Both the position numbers and the translations under genes were made by a program. A DNA stretch of 63,391 bases, counting the filler, from Nitrospinae bacterium RIFCSPLOWO2_12_FULL_45_22 (GTDB taxonomy: Bacteria > 2-12-FULL-45-22): NCBI GenBank assembly GCA_001803565.1. It is 5 parts of 5 records of this genome, joined end to end, with 100 filler letters (N's around TTAATTAATTAA, not from the genome) between each part and the next. Parts side by side here need not be neighbours in the genome. Positions count along the whole stretch, not along the records: positions 57,697 to 63,391 come from MHDQ01000022.1; 4 more parts are not named here. One strand, written 5' to 3'. The stretch's first letter is position 1; the number at the start of each line of letters is the position of its first letter. Below, piece after piece: positions 59,215 to 63,391 of the stretch. The notes below the pieces were generated by a model that saw only the letters and a program-made list of their open reading frames with translations, had not been told where the DNA came from and did no database searches.

Positions 59215-60405
59215 TTAGACAGCCAAACGCAAGGGAATCGAGGCGGCGGTGGATGAAATAGCCTGAGAAATCTTGTTTTTGGCGATGGTATTTCCAGTGA
59301 ATTTTGTCAAATCATGTCTGATTTCATGTAAGAACACTGTTTGTGAAGATTGGGTTACCATCTTCTTTGCCTCAGCGATAGTATGATCTGGATACAGGGA
59401 CTTTAAGACATTATACGCCAAGGCGACCATAAGGACATGATTGACATAGGCTTCAAACTCTTTAAAATGGTATGAACCAAAATGGAGATACTGTTTGAGT
59501 TCTTTAAACAGTATCTCTATTCTCCATCGTAAGAGATACGCATGGCAGATTTGTTTGCAAGAAAGCCTTTTGCCGACACTGGTAAGGAGGATGGTTTGAC
59601 AACCACGACGAGAAACAACTACTGTTGCTTTGCCTACTTTGGACACGGATGCAGTGGTTGACATGACGCGCAGAAGAGTTTTCCGTCCATTCCAAAGAAT
59701 GGACATGGATTTCAGGTCTGGCAAATGCCTTCTTCCAAAGTCAATTGCATGACTGGTATATCTCTTGACGGTAATTTTCCGATTGGAGTCTAAGGAACTC
59801 ACAAAAGACCAATTGAGGTGAAGACGTATTTCATCGACAACGAAGTCGGCCAAAAAGGCAGAATCGGCAACAACCATTACATGAGTTTCCAGGGGAAGGG
59901 CTAGTTCCCGGAGTATTTCTACAGCTATTTGATTTTGAGTTTTGAATTCCCGGTGTGTTCTTTTACAGAATTTCTTGGTCAGATATGGTTTTACTGCTGC
60001 CATGTGTTGCGAACCATCTTCGCAGATAAGCAGGGCAGCAACAAAGCAATGGCCGATGGTATATCCATGAGGAGTCCTGAATTTTTGCAGATTATGAAGT
60101 TTTTTCCCACGTTTCCCTTTGATTGTGGAATCGATAATGAGCCAGGCCTTGCTTCCTATGTTTGATGGAAGCCCTTTGGCAACTCTTTTTATCCAGAGAT
60201 CATGGAGTAGTGATTCTTTCTTCATATGTCTTGATACATTCGATTTATGTTTTTTTAGATAGGAAGCAACTAAACTTGCGCTGAAATGCCCCCAACAGGT
60301 AATCAGTGTCCATACGTAGACAGAAATCAGTTTTTCTTGAGTAGATTGGAATACATGGTGAAAAAGAAGTTTTGAAATAAAGGGGATTGAGAATGGTTTA
60401 TGAAT
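59215..60405 (-). mobile_element. DDE transposase (IS701/IS4-like)
   Basis: LIIDSTIKGKRG, VVADSAF, YLLRWRIEILFKELKQ; frame open 60 codons upstream of the ATG at 60225 to an ATT after GAGGAGGT; IS ends not identified. Confidence 0.85.
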
Positions 60406-60581
60406 GGCTATACCTCCTCAGTAAATTTTAAAGAAATAGGCCTTTTACTTAGGATGCCATTTTTTCAAACTGTTCTCAACCCTTATTTCTCAGGCTCTTT
60501 CAGTCGTGTTCACCATAAATCCCTTGAATTTATTGATTGAACATACTTTTATGCTATATTATGCGCAACATTTGTGTAATT

Positions 60582-60668
60582 ATGATTGTATTCGACTCAT
60601 CCACTCTGTTATTATTGGTGAAAGAGGAAAAAGAAGACATCTCTGCGGCAATCAGAAAACTCGTAAAT
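60582..60668 (+). pseudogene. Internally deleted relic of the PIN/UPF0175 TA pair
   Basis: MIVFDSSTLLLL (toxin start) joined in frame to EEKEDISAAIRKLVN (antitoxin middle). Confidence 0.8.
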
Positions 60669-60743
60669 AAACCGCAAAAAATAATGTATAATCTTGTATT
60701 AACCAGTCAAATACAAGGGAAATAACTTGATAGAACAACCCAG

Positions 60744-62867
60744 ATGGTAAGCGTTCTTATTTCGACTTTTTTTGGAAGCATCGTAGCGATGATTTCAAAT
60801 GCGTCGTTACTGTATACCGGACATTTGGTTGCATCCCGGTTTTTTAAAGATGAACCAGCGTCCGTCCGGTGGGTTGCCTTCGGCCTGGTTAGTGCGTGGC
60901 TGGTTATCATCCTGTCTGTAGCACTCATCTTTACCCATGTATTTACGATTCCAGGTGTGACTATCTCGTCTATAGGTATTGCGGGTCTTGCGTGGCTTTT
61001 CTGGGGAAAGCATTCCTCGCTTCGCCAGGAGCTTACTGAGGCGCATGCATTTATTCTCCCCTATATCAGGGGACGAAGCGCCGTGCTTTTCCTGGCAGTA
61101 TTTTTTATCGTGCTTTTACAAGCAACCCGTGGAATTATGATGCCTCCGGTTAGAGGGGATTGTCTCATCTATCATATGACACTGGCTGGCCTATGGGTTC
61201 AAAATGGTGGCTATACACGTCTCCTGATACCCGATGCATTTGATAGTTTTAGCCATTTCCCCAACAATGGCGAGGTCTTCTTTAGTTGGTTGATGGTCCC
61301 ATTCCGAAGTGATTTGCTTACAGGTCTTGGCAATTTCCCTTTTCTTATACTCGGTGCTTTGGCGGTTTACGGATTAGCGAGGGGATTAGGCATTGATAGG
61401 GAAGAGTCTTTACTGGCATCGGCATGGGTAAGCTTTTCACCACCCCTGTTTGCTTACGTTGCCACTCAATACGTTGACATTCAGAGTTTTGCGGAAGGGC
61501 TTTGTGGCGTGTTCTTCCTCATCAAGTATAGCCGGAGCAGTCAACCACGCGATGGTATCATGGCTTTTGCAGCCCTCAGTTTAGCAGCAGGAACCAAAGT
61601 CATTTTTCTTCAGTTACTATTACTCTCCAGTCTCATAACCTTGTATATATCTTCGAGGAAACGTATAGGTAGCAAGAGGTGGTTGACAATGGTTATTGGC
61701 ATTCTTATTGTAACCGGTGCGGCAGCAGCTCCCTGGTATGTGCGAAACTGGATAGAGACCGGTTCCCCTCTCTATCCTTTCCCTCTTTCCATCAATGGTA
61801 TGGAGGTTTTTCCTGGTTCTCAATTCCAGAACGTTAGTCTTTTATCCCTTGAAACAAAACTTAGGCATGGAATTTATGAATCACTTTGGTATTGGTTAAA
61901 AGTTTTCGACTTCCCTGGTAGAGTTCCAGCAAACTTTGGCCCAAAATTTGTGCCGACGGTAATTGGCGGAATCATAGGGTTAATATTGGGTTTCAGGAGC
62001 CGCAACCGGATACAATGGTCGATTATTGGTATCATTTGCTGCTCTGAATTTGCCCAGTTCATGAGCAAAGGGATGAAGGCGGTGAGATTGACATGGGTGG
62101 ATGCCTCTCAAAGATTCTTGATGCTCTTTTTTGCCTTGATGGTAATATCGGGAATGTTTATCCTGGTAAAAATACCGAGATGGAAACAATTAGTGGTAAT
62201 CATCCTTGCCTGTTTTGTCATTATGGATCTCTTGGCAATTACTACTAATAACATCTTTACCTCATTTATATATCTAAATGGCGAGCATTATTTTCTCACT
62301 GCTACCGTTTTCCTCGTACTCACTCTCCTCTACTCTATTTCCCGTAGTAAAACAGTAAAGCCATGGGCATTTTCCATCGTAACAGTCATTATTTTAGCCA
62401 TATCCTTGTCTTTTATACAACTCTATCGTGATAAGACACGCCACCTCCGGTTTATTGATACCATTGATTTTCGCATTCCAAAGGACGCTGTTCCCGTCTG
62501 GAAACTTGTAGATAATCCTTCCAGACCAATAACAATAGCTGTTACTGCAGGATGGGCAAGATACGGCCTCAACTGGTATTTATACCCCCTCATGGGACGG
62601 CGACTCCAGAACCATGTGGCCTATATTTCTCCTGCCCAATTGGGAGAACTTCCTTCGTACGCCCCAGGCTTAGACTCGTTTAAAAGAGTCGAGGCATCGA
62701 TATGGATTAATCGTATTCGAGAAGCAAAGGTTGACATGATATTTGTCATTATGCCGCCTCCGCCAGAACTGGCTTGGATAGAGGATAACCCCGGCATTTT
62801 TAAGTTGCTTCAAGAGTCGGAAGATTATCGCATCTATGAATTCGAACAAAATGAGGAATGGCAATAA
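60744..62867 (+). CDS. Polytopic membrane protein, GT-C glycosyltransferase-like
   Basis: Many TM helices; GDCLIYH, FPNNGE, YVDI, AAGTK, PWYVRNWIETGSPLYP. Confidence 0.7.
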   Translation: MVSVLISTFFGSIVAMISNASLLYTGHLVASRFFKDEPASVRWVAFGLVSAWLVIILSVALIFTHVFTIPGVTISSIGIAGLAWLFWGKHSSLRQELTEAHAFILPYIRGRSAVLFLAVFFIVLLQATRGIMMPPVRGDCLIYHMTLAGLWVQNGGYTRLLIPDAFDSFSHFPNNGEVFFSWLMVPFRSDLLTGLGNFPFLILGALAVYGLARGLGIDREESLLASAWVSFSPPLFAYVATQYVDIQSFAEGLCGVFFLIKYSRSSQPRDGIMAFAALSLAAGTKVIFLQLLLLSSLITLYISSRKRIGSKRWLTMVIGILIVTGAAAAPWYVRNWIETGSPLYPFPLSINGMEVFPGSQFQNVSLLSLETKLRHGIYESLWYWLKVFDFPGRVPANFGPKFVPTVIGGIIGLILGFRSRNRIQWSIIGIICCSEFAQFMSKGMKAVRLTWVDASQRFLMLFFALMVISGMFILVKIPRWKQLVVIILACFVIMDLLAITTNNIFTSFIYLNGEHYFLTATVFLVLTLLYSISRSKTVKPWAFSIVTVIILAISLSFIQLYRDKTRHLRFIDTIDFRIPKDAVPVWKLVDNPSRPITIAVTAGWARYGLNWYLYPLMGRRLQNHVAYISPAQLGELPSYAPGLDSFKRVEASIWINRIREAKVDMIFVIMPPPPELAWIEDNPGIFKLLQESEDYRIYEFEQNEEWQ

Positions 62868-63391
62868 ATGATGATCAAAACTAAGTGCTTTATTTGCGAG
62901 ACGGGTGATTCAGAGCCTTTTCTTCAGGCTAAGGATACCCTTGGGATTACCGATCAGGTTTTCTCTCTCTCCAAATGCAGAAGATGTGGTCTTGTATTCC
63001 TTAATCCGACTCCCGAACCGGCAGAAATGAAGGCATTTTATCCTGAAGGCTATTGGATAAAAAGGGAAACCGGAATTGAAGGTTATTACAAGGATATCAT
63101 TATATATTTCGAATTAAGGACATTAAGAAAACTCCTGGAACCTGGCGGAAGGTTGCTTGATGTAGGGTCAGGGAATGGAGAATTTCTTTTCCATGCCGGT
63201 AAACATGGCTACGATGTCTATGGTGTAGAAACCTCGAAAGATATGGTTGATTACTCTATCAAGACCTTTGGGTTAAAAAATGTGATAAATTCAGATATTT
63301 TTTCCGCTTCCTTTGACGACTCCTTTTTTGACGTTATTATGTTTAACCATGTATTCGAACATCTTTATAACCCCCTTGAAACTCTTACTGA
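62868..63391 (+). CDS. Class I SAM-dependent methyltransferase with N-terminal Zn ribbon (runs off the window)
   Basis: Translated by hand: MMIKTKCFIC...KCRRCGLVFLNP...LLDVGSGNG...NHVFEHLYNP. Confidence 0.85.
   Translation, partial: MMIKTKCFICETGDSEPFLQAKDTLGITDQVFSLSKCRRCGLVFLNPTPEPAEMKAFYPEGYWIKRETGIEGYYKDIIIYFELRTLRKLLEPGGRLLDVGSGNGEFLFHAGKHGYDVYGVETSKDMVDYSIKTFGLKNVINSDIFSASFDDSFFDVIMFNHVFEHLYNPLETLT

Overview
This window is not one locus. It is five scaffolds of a draft or metagenome-assembled genome joined by 100-nt N/TTAATTAATTAA linkers (segments 1-20355, 20456-33772, 33873-43912, 44013-57596, 57697-63391). Gene content and order (futalosine menaquinone genes, rpmE-thyX-prfA-prmC-murA, lpxA, dksA, many multiheme cytochromes) suggest a diderm, Desulfobacterota/Nitrospirota-like anaerobe; this is an inference. 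Segment 1 is mostly housekeeping, plus a CoA-transferase-like pair, an IR-flanked GIY-YIG mini-element and an iron-uptake trio (porin, P19, FTR1 N-domain). Segment 2 carries an apparent CobU-CbiR fusion masked by a scaffolding gap, an MshEN-GspE ATPase, a degenerate REC-GGDEF protein, a large GH38 enzyme and a decayed integron/toxin-antitoxin patch. Segment 3 has an acyl-CoA dehydrogenase, a 7TM-HD phosphodiesterase and a multiheme cytochrome/NHL cluster including an OmcE-like protein. Segment 4 is the highlight. It is a minus-strand respiratory gene cluster with two divergent periplasmic nitrite oxidoreductase/nitrate reductase (NXR-type) modules followed by a Rieske/cytochrome b complex. The second module (nxrA2-B2-C2-chaperone, about 6.3 kb) sits exactly between two identical 94-bp direct repeats that duplicate the 3' end of the first module's cytochrome c-NxrC gene, so it looks like a recently integrated, potentially excisable enzyme cassette. 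Segment 5 has a PIN/UPF0175 TA pair and its collapsed relic, a DDE transposase with an apparent ATT start, and glycosylation genes. Intergenic spaces throughout hold several families of nested, often 7-nt-periodic palindromic MITE/REP-like elements. No rRNA, tRNA or CRISPR array was recognised.
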